DNA from: Bryobacterales bacterium
Lineage (GTDB): Bacteria; Acidobacteriota; Terriglobia; Bryobacterales; UBA6623
NCBI GenBank assembly: GCA_965208945.1
Contig: OZ242366.1
Location: forward strand, 2,195,827-2,259,826
DNA length: 64,000 bases
Direction of reading: 5' to 3'
This document shows positions 19,069-28,192 of this stretch, in pieces. How positions within the stretch are numbered: position 1 is the first letter of the stretch; each line of letters opens with the position of its first letter. The notes under the pieces are model-generated. The model was not told the DNA's origin. It was given only the letters and a program-made list of their open reading frames with translations, and did no database searches. Both the position numbers and the translations under genes were made by a program.

Positions 19069-20193
19069 TTGAGCCGGATGGATTTCATGACAAGAGAAGA
19101 TGCGAATCGAATGCAATCATGCGTTATGCCGTTGAGAAAGTACAGGAAGTTCGTTCTTGCCGCCTTCTTGACCGGCTGGACGGTCAGTTGGGCGCAGACG
19201 CCGGCGCAGTGGAAGGCGCACGACATGGAGCGGCCGCGCCCGCCCAAGGTCACGCCGTCGCTGGCGCTTCCCGTTCCCCCGCCGTCGGACGCACAGGTGC
19301 TCTTTGACGGCAGCGGCCTTTCGAAGTGGCGCAGTCCGAACGGCGCGCCCGCCAAGTGGGTGTTGCGAGACGGCTATATGGAATCCGTGAAAGGCAGCGG
19401 CTACCTGTACACGGCGGACTCCTTCGGCGACGTCCAACTGCATGTCGAATGGGCCACGCCCACTCCGCCCGAGGGCAGGGGGCAGGGCCGCGGCAACAGC
19501 GGCGTTTTCCTCATGGGGCTGTACGAAGTGCAGGTGCTCGATTCCTATGACAACCATACCTACGCCGACGGACAAGCCGCCGCTGTCTACGGGCAGCATC
19601 CGCCGTTGGTGAACGCCAGCCGCCCGCCGGGTGAGTGGCAAAGCTATGACATCGTTTTCCGGCGTCCGCGCTTCAGCCGGGACGGTGCCTTGCTCAAAGC
19701 GGCGCGCATGACGGTGCTGCACAATGGCGTGCTGGTTCACGACAACGTCGAAATCTGGGGCGGCACGTCGTGGCTGCAGTACAATCCGTACAAGTCGCAC
19801 CCGGACCGCTTGCCGCTTTCGTTGCAGGACCACGGCAACCCGGTTCGCTACCGCAATATCTGGGTGAGGGAGCTGCCGGAATGGACCTCGGCGGGACCCG
19901 TAGACAAGCAGGCTGAGCCGGTGGTCTCTCTGGCGCCGTCCGTGCTGGAGCGCTATGTCGGCCGCTACCAGGATGCGACAGGCAGGAACATCATCATTGC
20001 CCGCGACGGCGCGAGCATGCGTGCCTCGATTCTGGGGCGCCCGAACCTCGATGTGCTGGTCCACTCGACGGAGGAGTTTTCTCTGCGTTGGACAGCGGGG
20101 CGCCTGGTGTTCGATCTCAATTCCCAAGGGGAGCCGGTGAGCGTGACTTTCCACATTGGCAGAGCCCGGTTTCCGGCGAAAAAGGTCGACTGA
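19069..20193 (+). CDS. DUF1080 (3-keto-disaccharide hydrolase-like) domain secreted protein
   Basis: Signal peptide KFVLAAFLTGWTVSWAQ. Blocks NSGVFLMG and LQDHGNPVRYRNIWVREL. The true start may be 19126. Confidence 0.8.
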   Translation: MSRMDFMTREDANRMQSCVMPLRKYRKFVLAAFLTGWTVSWAQTPAQWKAHDMERPRPPKVTPSLALPVPPPSDAQVLFDGSGLSKWRSPNGAPAKWVLRDGYMESVKGSGYLYTADSFGDVQLHVEWATPTPPEGRGQGRGNSGVFLMGLYEVQVLDSYDNHTYADGQAAAVYGQHPPLVNASRPPGEWQSYDIVFRRPRFSRDGALLKAARMTVLHNGVLVHDNVEIWGGTSWLQYNPYKSHPDRLPLSLQDHGNPVRYRNIWVRELPEWTSAGPVDKQAEPVVSLAPSVLERYVGRYQDATGRNIIIARDGASMRASILGRPNLDVLVHSTEEFSLRWTAGRLVFDLNSQGEPVSVTFHIGRARFPAKKVD

Positions 20194-20198
20194 CCTGG

Positions 20199-20373
20199 CC
20201 TGCTTTTCTCACCACGCGGCGAGGTGAAGTGCGTGAGAGGGCCGTCAGGACGAGGCGAGCCGCTTGGCGCGCGCAGGCGTACTTGAACAGTACGTTGAGC
20301 ACGGCAAGCAAGCGTAACGAAGTCCTGGCGGTCGTATCGCGTGCTTCGACCGTCAGGTGGTGAGAAATGCAGG
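20199..20373 (+). mobile_element. MITE copy C (short subfamily)
   Basis: TIRs present (the left one slightly degenerate, cctgcttttctcaccac). Flanks are CTGG and CTAG. Confidence 0.88.
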
Positions 20374-20579
20374 CTAGTCCCGCCCCCGCCCCGCTACGCG
20401 GTGCGGATCATTCGAGCAAGAAACATCCGGATCGGCGTCATGGCTGCTTGATTCGGACGATGTTTCAGGTCAGCGTTTCATTTCTTTTCTCTGAGAAACT
20501 GACAACGCCCGCAGGGGCTCTCGGCCCCAACCACTCACGCAAGCCGCCGATGTTCTATGATGTCCGTCGAAGATTCTGC

Positions 20580-21170
20580 ATGACGAAGACACTGATTGCG
20601 CTGCTTGGTTTGACTCTCGCTCCCTGGTTCGCGGCCGGCTCGGACATTGCGCCGGCGAAAGACCAGATCGCTTCGTCGATTCTCGCGGCGCCCGAGGATC
20701 GGCGAGCCGAAGCGGCCGTCTTGGGCTACAGCCCCGGCGGGAAGCTCGTCACTCTGCGCGAAGGTTCGAACGACCTCATCTGCCTCGCCGATGATCCCAG
20801 GAATGACAATTTCAGTGTCGCCTGCTATCACAAGGATCTGGAGCCGTACATGGCGCGAGGCCGTGAGCTGATCGCGCAAGGGATCACGGGCAAGCAGCGC
20901 AACGCCATTCGCTGGAAAGAGATCGCCGACGGCAAACTCGAGATGCCGCGGGAGGCGCGGGCGCTTTATGTCCTCACCGGCAGCGGGTTCGACGCCGCGG
21001 CGGGTGAAGTGACAGATCCCTATCTGCGCTGGGTCATCTACAAGCCGTATGCCACGCCGGAGTCGACGGGTCTTTCGACGACAGCTACGCCGGGTGGGCC
21101 CTGGCTGATGTCTGCCGGTACTGCCGGAGCGCACATCATGATCAACCCGCCGAAGCCCAACAAGAAGTAA
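20580..21170 (+). CDS. Hypothetical secreted protein
   Basis: Starts MTKTLIALLGLTLAPWFAAG (signal peptide). High third-position GC. No family recognised. The upstream part of the track ORF begins in the MITE terminus. Confidence 0.6.
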   Translation: MTKTLIALLGLTLAPWFAAGSDIAPAKDQIASSILAAPEDRRAEAAVLGYSPGGKLVTLREGSNDLICLADDPRNDNFSVACYHKDLEPYMARGRELIAQGITGKQRNAIRWKEIADGKLEMPREARALYVLTGSGFDAAAGEVTDPYLRWVIYKPYATPESTGLSTTATPGGPWLMSAGTAGAHIMINPPKPNKK

Positions 21171-21207
21171 GACTCCTCGGAGCTCGGAGCGCGCTGCAGG
21201 CTAGCCG

Positions 21208-22260
21208 CTACGAAGCTGTATTCGTCCTGCCGGACGCCAACTCGCGCAGTGATTCGACGTAAGGCGCCCGGGCCACTCCATGTTCGGTGATGATGGCGCT
21301 TACGTAGCGGTTCGGTGTCACATCGAACGCGGGATGCATCGCCGTCGTCCCGGGCGGTGCGACGGCCACGCCTTGGAGTTCCGTCACCTCGGCGGGACTG
21401 CGTTCCTCGATGGGGATGTCCTCCCCGGAGGCCAGCGAAAGATCAAGCGTAGAGATCGGGGCGGCAACGTAGAAGGGCACCCCGTTCTCTCTCGCAAGCA
21501 CGGCCACCGAGTAGGTGCCGATCTTGTTGGCGACATCGCCGTTGCCGGCGATGCGGTCAGCACCGACCACGACCGCGCTCACCTTGCCGCTGTGGAGCAG
21601 GTGTCCCGCCATGTTGTCGGTCAGCAGTGTGACCGGAATGCTGTCCTGCTGCAGTTCCCAAACCGTCAGCCGTGCGCCTTGCAGAAACGGACGGGTTTCG
21701 TTGGCGAGGACGGCAACGGAGTTGCCGCTCTCGATCGCCGCGCGGATCACCCCCAGCGCAGTGCCGTAGCCGCCGGTCGCGAGAGCGCCCGCGTTGCAGT
21801 GCGTCATGACCTGGGCGTTCGCGGGAAGCAACTCTGCCCCGTTACGGCCGATCGACTGGTTGATCGCGATGTCCTCCTCGAGAACTCGTTCGGCCTCGGT
21901 GGCCAACTCGTTGCGGATCGCGTTCACGCTTGCGCCGGCTGAACGCAGCTCTCGATAGCGCTTCTTCATCCTCTCGATGGCCCAGAACAGGTTGACGGCC
22001 GTCGGCCGTGTGCCGGCCAGGACCGAGCAGATCTCCTCCATCCGAGCATCGAGGTCCTCGGAGGAGGCCTGCTGGATTCCGATCGCCACACCCATTGCCG
22101 CGGCGACGCCGATCGCGGGCGCGCCCCGGATGATCATGCCGCGGATGGCGCCCGCGACTTCGAGGTAGTTCTTGCAGGTGATGTAGGTTTCTTCGGTGGG
22201 CAGCCGGGTCTGGTCAATCATCACGACGCCCTCAGGCGTCCATTCGATCGTTTTCACCAT
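21208..22260 (-). CDS. mtnA: S-methyl-5-thioribose-1-phosphate isomerase
   Basis: 350 aa starting [21 protein letters not shown]. eIF-2B alpha/beta/delta family blocks. The N-terminal extension in the track ORF is MITE D sequence. Confidence 0.9.
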   Translation of the reverse strand: MVKTIEWTPEGVVMIDQTRLPTEETYITCKNYLEVAGAIRGMIIRGAPAIGVAAAMGVAIGIQQASSEDLDARMEEICSVLAGTRPTAVNLFWAIERMKKRYRELRSAGASVNAIRNELATEAERVLEEDIAINQSIGRNGAELLPANAQVMTHCNAGALATGGYGTALGVIRAAIESGNSVAVLANETRPFLQGARLTVWELQQDSIPVTLLTDNMAGHLLHSGKVSAVVVGADRIAGNGDVANKIGTYSVAVLARENGVPFYVAAPISTLDLSLASGEDIPIEERSPAEVTELQGVAVAPPGTTAMHPAFDVTPNRYVSAIITEHGVARAPYVESLRELASGRTNTAS

Positions 22261-22284
22261 GGAGGGAAGCGGGGTGTCCTTTAG

Positions 22285-22485
22285 CCTGTATTTCTCACCA
22301 CGCGGCGAGGCGAAGTGCGTGAGAGGGCCGTCAGGACGAGGCGCAAGCCGGGCGGAGGAAAAAGGCGCGAGCCGCTTGGCGCGCGCAGGCGTACTTGAAC
22401 CGTACGTTGAGCACGGCAAGCAAGCGCAACGAAGTCCTGGTGCTCGTATCGTGTGCTTCGACCGTTGGGTGGTGAGAAATGCAGG
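22285..22485 (+). mobile_element. MITE copy D (long subfamily, 201 bp)
   Basis: Flanked by a direct TTAG...TTAG (22281-22284 and 22486-22489). Contains the extra segment aagccgggcggaggaaaaaggcgcg. Confidence 0.9.
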
Positions 22486-23265
22486 TTAGAGCCTTTCGAG
22501 TTGTTCGCCCGCCACGGCAAAGGCGGCGAAAAGAGTTGCATTGTAGCTGGCGTGAACCAGGGTCGACGGCAGGATCGAACCGGTTCGAGCGCGCAATGTG
22601 CCGAACACGACCCCTACGCCCAGCAGCAGCAGCAGGTTCTGCCATCGCCAGCCGTACTGCGTGCCGTGTACCAGTGAGAACAGGGCGCTCGTGGCGAAGA
22701 CCGCGAAGCCCGCCCCTCGGGAGCGCTCGAATACGGGGAACAGGAAGCCCCGAAAGAAAGTCTCTTCCAATACCGGGGCGAAAAGGATGCCGAAGACGGC
22801 GAGTAGGGCCATCACCAGCGGGTCTTCGAGAAGGATTTCGAGAGGCAGTTTCTCGTCCACCTGCGGCAGCAGCATTGAGACGAGAACCACGCTAATGGCG
22901 AGAAAAGGACCCGTGGCCAGGTATTGAACGGGTGAGCCCTCATAGCGGACCCAGCCGATCGAAGGCCCGAATCGCAAGCGGTACTTGACGGCAACGATCA
23001 GATAGATGAATGCGAAGACCGCGGCCCAGAGCAACATCGAAATCGCCACATTCAGAGGTCCCTGCACGCGCGGCTCTTCCAGGTTGACCTCCCAATCGAA
23101 CACGAATCCCATCCCATAGAGGCACCCGACGGCGATCACCGAGAGCATGAACAGGGCAATCACCCCAAAGACAAGCAGGTAGAGAAGATCGAGATATCCC
23201 CAGGTTTCCGGTTGCTCGGGGTCGTCTGGAGGCAAGAGCGGGGGTGGCTCGCTGGGGTGTTCCAT
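22486..23265 (-). CDS. CPBP family intramembrane glutamic endopeptidase (CAAX protease-like)
   Basis: Motifs EETFFRGF, SLVHG, HASYN. The stop TAA lies inside the TTAG flank of MITE D. An alternative start at 23292 uses the ATG in the MITE E1 terminus. Confidence 0.85.
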   Translation of the reverse strand: MEHPSEPPPLLPPDDPEQPETWGYLDLLYLLVFGVIALFMLSVIAVGCLYGMGFVFDWEVNLEEPRVQGPLNVAISMLLWAAVFAFIYLIVAVKYRLRFGPSIGWVRYEGSPVQYLATGPFLAISVVLVSMLLPQVDEKLPLEILLEDPLVMALLAVFGILFAPVLEETFFRGFLFPVFERSRGAGFAVFATSALFSLVHGTQYGWRWQNLLLLLGVGVVFGTLRARTGSILPSTLVHASYNATLFAAFAVAGEQLERL

Positions 23266-23285
23266 CGGCGAGCGCCGGTCGCTAG

Positions 23286-23666
23286 CCTGCATGTCTCACC
23301 ACGTGGCGAGGCGAAGTGGGTGAGAGGACCGTCAGGACTAGCCTGCATGTCTCACCACGCGGCGAGGTGAAGTGCGTGAGAGGGCCGTCAGGACGAGGCG
23401 CGAGCCGCTTGGCGCGCGCAGGCGTACTTGACAGTACGTTGAGCACGGCAAGCAAGCGCAACGAAGTCCTGGCGGTCGTATCGCGTGCTTCGGCCGTCGG
23501 GTGGTGAGAAATGCAGGCTAGGCGCAAGCCGGGCGGAGGAAAAAGGCGCGAGCCGCTTGGCGCGCGCAGGCGTACTTGAACAGTACGTTGAGTACGGCAA
23601 GCAAACGCAACGAAGTCCTGGCGGTCGTATGGCGTGCTTCGACCGTCGGGTGGTGAGAAATGCAGG
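23286..23666 (+). mobile_element. MITE copy E1 (long subfamily) carrying nested copy E2
   Basis: E1 is interrupted after gtcaggac by E2. E1 sequence resumes at 23522 with gcgcaagccggg. Confidence 0.88.
23342..23517 (+). mobile_element. MITE copy E2 (short subfamily) nested in E1
   Basis: Complete TIRs, with CTAG on both sides (23338-23341 and 23518-23521). Confidence 0.88.
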
Positions 23667-23783
23667 CTGGGGTTGTCCGGTCGCAAAGTATCCATCGTAA
23701 CGCGGAATGGAGGCGTCAAAGCCCGTAGTGGCCTCGTTTTCGACGTCCGTGAGGTTTCTGAGGTCAGGCCGGATAATGGGGCT

Positions 23784-24317
23784 ATGACCCACCACGAGAC
23801 CTGTGTTCATGACTTCATTTGCATCAGCCGTCACCAGCTTCGCGAGCGGCTGCGGCGGATTGAGCTTTGCATCGGTAAGCTCGGCGACGAGCAACTCTGG
23901 GCGCGGAATCACGAAAAAGAGAACGCCGTCGGCAACTTGATTCTCCACTTGGCAGGCAATATCCGGCAGTGGATCGTCAGTGGCGTCGGCGGCGGGACGG
24001 ATGCTCGTGATCGTGACTCGGAATTTTCTCGCCGCGAACCGCTCGACCGCGGGGAGTTGATTCTCCGATTGCGCCAGGCGATCGACGAGGCGGACCGCGT
24101 GCTCGCCTCCGTCACGACCGCACAGCTAGCCCGGAAGAGGAAGATTCAAGTGTACGAAGTGACCGGGCTGCACGCGGTCTATCATGCCGTCGAGCACTTT
24201 GCTGAGCACACGGGCCAGATCATCTGGGTCACAAAGCGGCTCACTGGTGAAGATCTGAAGATCTACGGCTATCTTGACAAGCAAGGCGGAAAAGATCGAC
24301 GCGAGCTGATGCCCTGA
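23784..24317 (+). CDS. DinB/DUF1572 family protein
   Basis: Starts MTHHETC. Four-helix DinB-like His pattern (LHLAGN, HAVEHFAEHTGQI). Confidence 0.8.
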   Translation: MTHHETCVHDFICISRHQLRERLRRIELCIGKLGDEQLWARNHEKENAVGNLILHLAGNIRQWIVSGVGGGTDARDRDSEFSRREPLDRGELILRLRQAIDEADRVLASVTTAQLARKRKIQVYEVTGLHAVYHAVEHFAEHTGQIIWVTKRLTGEDLKIYGYLDKQGGKDRRELMP

Positions 24318-24386
24318 TGTGAAACCCCATGATCCTCGCCGCGGATAGGTCGAAACAAGGCCGGTGCGACGGTACGGAAGAGTTAG

Positions 24387-24420
24387 CCTGCATTTCTCAC
24401 CACGTCGTTACACAGGCAGG
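24387..24420. mobile_element. Mini-MITE F (34 bp)
   Basis: Sequence cctgcatttctcaccacgtcgttacacaggcagg flanked by TTAG and CTAA. The right flank holds the stop codon of the 24421-24912 gene. Confidence 0.7.
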
Positions 24421-24912
24421 CTAATCCGAGGCTTGCCGCGAGCGCAACGCCTTGTGGAGCAACCCCAGCCCGGCGGTGATCAGCAACAAAGGCCAGAGCC
24501 GATGGATCGAGGCGTTGAACCAGCCCAACTCTTGAAACTGGAAAATCACGCCGAGCAACAATACGATCGTTCCCGGCGTCCAGTCAAACTCTTGCCGGAC
24601 TTTCTTGCTCGCCAACAGGTTGATTCCAACGGCGATCAGGATCAATGGCCAGAACGCCAATAGGTCATGGAATCGCAAAGCGTCCAGATTGACGGCCTGA
24701 AGGCCGATCCCCAAGCAGATCGTGGCGATGCCAAACGCTCGGGATCTCGGGTCCAGAGCCCAATGCACGCCGGCCGCGATCAAGATTAACGGCCAATAGA
24801 GCCACAGGTCCCAGAGCCGCAGGACATCGAAATTGTGAAGCAGGAACAACACTCCCAGAGCCAGGACGACAAGGCCCGGGATGAAGCCTTTCGCTGAAGG
24901 GAATGACTTCAT
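24421..24912 (-). CDS. Membrane protein with repeated LiaF/DUF5668-like TM hairpins
   Basis: 163 aa. Three repeats of LWPLILIAxG-type TM segments. Confidence 0.7.
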   Translation of the reverse strand: MKSFPSAKGFIPGLVVLALGVLFLLHNFDVLRLWDLWLYWPLILIAAGVHWALDPRSRAFGIATICLGIGLQAVNLDALRFHDLLAFWPLILIAVGINLLASKKVRQEFDWTPGTIVLLLGVIFQFQELGWFNASIHRLWPLLLITAGLGLLHKALRSRQASD

Positions 24913-24926
24913 GGTCCGTTCCGCGA

Positions 24927-26162
24927 TCAGGCGGTCGCTGCCTGCTCTACCGCCTTCATGACTCGCAGCGTATTTCCGCCCAGTATCTTCGCAATGTCGT
25001 GATCCGGGAAGTCCCTGCCTCGCAGCCCCTCGACGAGATTCGGGACCTTCGAGATGTCCTCCATCCCTTCGGGGGTTTGCGCGCTGACGCCGTCGAAGTC
25101 CGATCCGAGCCCGACGTGGTTGACGCCGGCCACGGTAACGGCGTGCTCGAAATGGTCGAGAAGCCGCTCGAACGGCACGCGGCCGGTGCGCTTCAAACGC
25201 TCGAGATCGATCTTGCGAAGCTCGATCGACCGCTGCTTGCGATCATCGGCAAAGGTCTTGCGAACCGCGGCCGCCTTCTTGCTGAGATCGCTGTATTCGG
25301 GCGCATAGACGCGATGCCGGTCGTCGAGGAACTCATTGTAGAAGTTGATGTGCGCCACACCGCCGTTCTTGGCCAGCGCCCGGAGCATGTCGTCGGTCAT
25401 GTTGCGCGGGTGGTTCGACAGGGCGCGGCAGGATGAATGCGATGCGATGAGCGGGGCCTTGGCAACCGCGATCGCGTCGAAGAACGTCGGGTCGGAAACA
25501 TGTGAGATGTCGACCATCATGCCGAGACGGTTCATCGTCCGGACAACTTCGCGTCCGAATTCCGTGAGTCCCTTTGTGCGGTCCTCCTCGCCGGACGAGC
25601 CCGCCCAAGGGGTGTTCGCGCTGTGAGTCAACGTCATGTAACGGACGCCCTTCTCGAAGTGATTGCGAAGAACGTCGAGGTCCGAATCGATCGTGTGGCC
25701 GCCTTCCACGCCCATGAAGATGGCGATCTTGCCTTCGTCTTTGGCGCGGACGGCGTCGTCCGATCGAGTAGCGAGAATCAGGTCGTCGGGGTGCCTTCCG
25801 ACCTCTCGGACGACGGCTTCGATGATCTCGAACGAGCGCTGCTTTGCCGACGCGGGCGACTGGGATACGGTCGTGTAGATCGAGAAGAAAACGCCCGTGA
25901 CACCGCCTTCGCGCAGTCGGGGAATGTCGACCTCTGCGTAGTCGTGGCGCTGCCCGAGGTCGTAGCCTTCGTCAGCGATCAGCATCGGCGTGTCGCAATG
26001 CAGATCGATGACGATCGAACTTGCCGGCAGGTTTGAGGAAGGTGTTTGCGTCTCCTCGGCTTCGGGTGTTTCGGGCTCCGGGGATGATGAGCAGCCGGTT
26101 TGCTGCAGAAGCGAGGACGCGGTGCCGAGCGCGGCCGCGCCGAAACGTCGGCGGGTCAGCAT
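24927..26162 (-). CDS. Membrane dipeptidase (peptidase M19)
   Basis: 411 aa. Tat-like N-terminus (MLTRRRFGAAALG), then DLHCDTP, DISHVS, ASHSS blocks. Confidence 0.9.
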   Translation of the reverse strand: MLTRRRFGAAALGTASSLLQQTGCSSSPEPETPEAEETQTPSSNLPASSIVIDLHCDTPMLIADEGYDLGQRHDYAEVDIPRLREGGVTGVFFSIYTTVSQSPASAKQRSFEIIEAVVREVGRHPDDLILATRSDDAVRAKDEGKIAIFMGVEGGHTIDSDLDVLRNHFEKGVRYMTLTHSANTPWAGSSGEEDRTKGLTEFGREVVRTMNRLGMMVDISHVSDPTFFDAIAVAKAPLIASHSSCRALSNHPRNMTDDMLRALAKNGGVAHINFYNEFLDDRHRVYAPEYSDLSKKAAAVRKTFADDRKQRSIELRKIDLERLKRTGRVPFERLLDHFEHAVTVAGVNHVGLGSDFDGVSAQTPEGMEDISKVPNLVEGLRGRDFPDHDIAKILGGNTLRVMKAVEQAATA

Positions 26163-26402
26163 GGTCGCCTGATTATAACGGGCGGAGTGTAGCGGCTTGT
26201 CTCCGTCGAGGTCGGGAAGCAGAGAGAAAAAGGCGTCCGGTTACGGCAATCGCCGTCTCCGTTCCCGGCAAGGCGAACCTGCTGCGTCACGCTGCGGCAG
26301 GCGCCCGTGACGGCCGAAGTGGCCGCTGTTTCCTCTCGAAGCCTGGTCTGGGTTTTCGAAAACCGCTCCGGTCGGCGGGAGACTCCAACCCGCGGTCAAC
26401 CC

Positions 26403-27068
26403 TCAGCCTGTGGAGTTGAGAACGTTGGCGAGGACGGCGGGATAGTCGGTGATGAAGCCGTCGACACCCAGCCTCAGCAGTCGCTTCATGGCCGGCTCGT
26501 CGTTGACCGTCCACGCGATCACCTTGAGTTCCTCTTCGTGAACATCGGAGATCAGCTCTCGCGAAGCGAGCTTGAATTGCGGGATCACGTAGTCGATCGG
26601 CGCGTTGTGGCGTAATTCCTCGTCCTGCGTGCGGTTGTAGATGTAGCCGAGTTGCAGCTCCGGTGACAGTTCGTGGGCCTTGTTCAACGTGCCGGTGTCG
26701 AACGCCGAGATCATGGTGTTCGCCGGATCGCCGTGCTCGATGATGAGAGCGACAGCTTCTTCCTCGAAGCCCGGCGTCTTGAATTCGATATCGAGAAAAG
26801 TCTTCTTGCCGAATTCGATCAAGACGTCTTGGAGCAACGGAATCTCGAACCCGTCGGGCAGCCTTCGGATGTCATCGTAGGAACTCGACTGCACCGAGTG
26901 GTGTCCCACGACCGAGGGGTGAATGACGACCAGTTGGCCGTCGGCCGTCTTGCGCACGTCCAGTTCAAAACCGTCCGCACCCTGTTCGAGAGCTTTCCGG
27001 AAGCTCGGAACCGTGTTTTCCAACAACTCGGCGGCGCCGCGATGTCCGAAATTGAGTACCTTGGTCAC
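26403..27068 (-). CDS. Glycerophosphodiester phosphodiesterase family protein
   Basis: 221 aa. FGHRGA and ELDV motifs, GDPD fold pattern. Confidence 0.88.
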   Translation of the reverse strand: MTKVLNFGHRGAAELLENTVPSFRKALEQGADGFELDVRKTADGQLVVIHPSVVGHHSVQSSSYDDIRRLPDGFEIPLLQDVLIEFGKKTFLDIEFKTPGFEEEAVALIIEHGDPANTMISAFDTGTLNKAHELSPELQLGYIYNRTQDEELRHNAPIDYVIPQFKLASRELISDVHEEELKVIAWTVNDEPAMKRLLRLGVDGFITDYPAVLANVLNSTG

Positions 27069-27243
27069 AATCGTTTACCGACACCGTGCCCCTTCGGAGG
27101 CCCGGACAGTTGCAGCGAACGCTTGGATCACGTTCGCTGCAGATTCAAAATCGCCCGTTTCTCCGTTCGAAGCAGGTACCAGTCTCCGGCATTTTGATTT
27201 AGGAATGTTCTGCTGCCGAGAAGACGCGTGCGTCTCAGGCTAG

Positions 27244-27419
27244 CCTGCATTTCTCACCACGCGGCGAGGCGAAGTGCGTGAGAGGGCCGTCAGGACGAGG
27301 CGCGCGCCGCTTGGCGCGCGCAGGCGTACTTGACGGTACGTTGAGCACGGCAAGCAAGCGCAACGAAGTCCTGGCGGTCATATCGTGTGCTTCGACCGTC
27401 GAGTGGTGAGAAATGCAGG
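27244..27419 (+). mobile_element. MITE copy G1 (short subfamily)
   Basis: TIRs present, with CTAG on both flanks (27240-27243 and 27420-27423). Confidence 0.9.
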
Positions 27420-27515
27420 CTAGAGCTTTCAGTGCACCCGGAATCGGTCCAAGAAAATAGCTAATGTAACACATTCCGAAAACCGCAAGTGCATTGAACC
27501 ACGGTGCGTTTCTAG

Positions 27516-27692
27516 CCTGCATTTCTCACCACGTGGCGAGGCGAAGTGGGTGAGAGGGCCGTCAGGACGAGGCGCGCGCCGCTTGGCGCGCGCAGGCGTA
27601 CTTGAACAGTACGTTGAGCACGGCAAGCAAGCGCAACGAAGTCATGACGGTCATATGGCGTGCTTCGACCGTCGGGTGGTGAGAAATGCGGG
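27516..27692 (+). mobile_element. MITE copy G2 (short subfamily)
   Basis: TIRs present. Flanks are CTAG and CTAA. Separated from G1 by an 88-bp AT-richer spacer. Confidence 0.9.
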
Positions 27693-27840
27693 CTAAGCGG
27701 CTGCGGGCTGGCGGCGCGGGCATCGCACTGCGCCGGGGAACATTCCGCGAGACGAGACCTCGCTCGACGTCAACACCCCCGCTGGTGCAGGCCTGCATCG
27801 TGCCCGTCCCAGCGCGGCATCGACAACGACTTCTGAGAGA

Positions 27841-28173
27841 ATGTCGGACATGATCGTGACGAATGCGGCGGCGCGGGCGGTTTTCCGTGCCGGGAAAATG
27901 GGCAAGGCGGACTTGGCTTCAAGCGAGCATCTATTCTCGGGATTGAACTCCTTCGAGCCAGGCCAGGAGCATCAGCTTCACACGCACCCGGGTCAGGACA
28001 AGCTCTATTTCGTCCTCGAAGGGCAGGGAGATGTGACCGTAGGGTCAGACAGCAGTCGCATCGAGGCCGGGGACCTGGTGCTCGCCCGTTCGGGCGAAGC
28101 GCATGCGCTGAGGAATCCCGGGCCGGAGCGGCTGATCGTTATGGTCGTGATGGCGCCTCCGTCGCGCAAATGA
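27841..28173 (+). CDS. Cupin domain protein
   Basis: 110 aa. HTHPGQDKLYFVLEG and GEAHALRN cupin motifs. Confidence 0.75.
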   Translation: MSDMIVTNAAARAVFRAGKMGKADLASSEHLFSGLNSFEPGQEHQLHTHPGQDKLYFVLEGQGDVTVGSDSSRIEAGDLVLARSGEAHALRNPGPERLIVMVVMAPPSRK

Positions 28174-28192
28174 CATGGCCGCGTGATCGGCT

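Noticed and set aside
21196-21204. gcaggctag just downstream of the mtnA stop looks like a solo MITE right end.
   Set aside because: Only 9 bp match and no further TIR sequence is present, so chance cannot be excluded.
27111-27141. Perfect 11-bp stem hairpin (tgcagcgaacg-cttggatca-cgttcgctgca) upstream of the GDPD gene, considered as a possible terminator.
   Set aside because: There is no U/T tract on either strand and it lies in a 5' leader position, so I cannot assign a function from sequence alone.
27244-27692. Repeat-spacer-repeat appearance (G1, an 88-bp spacer, then G2; also B1/B2 and E1/E2) could be mistaken for a CRISPR-like array.
   Set aside because: The repeats are about 176 bp with TIRs and 4-bp flanks. 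There are only two units, no cas genes and no regular spacing.
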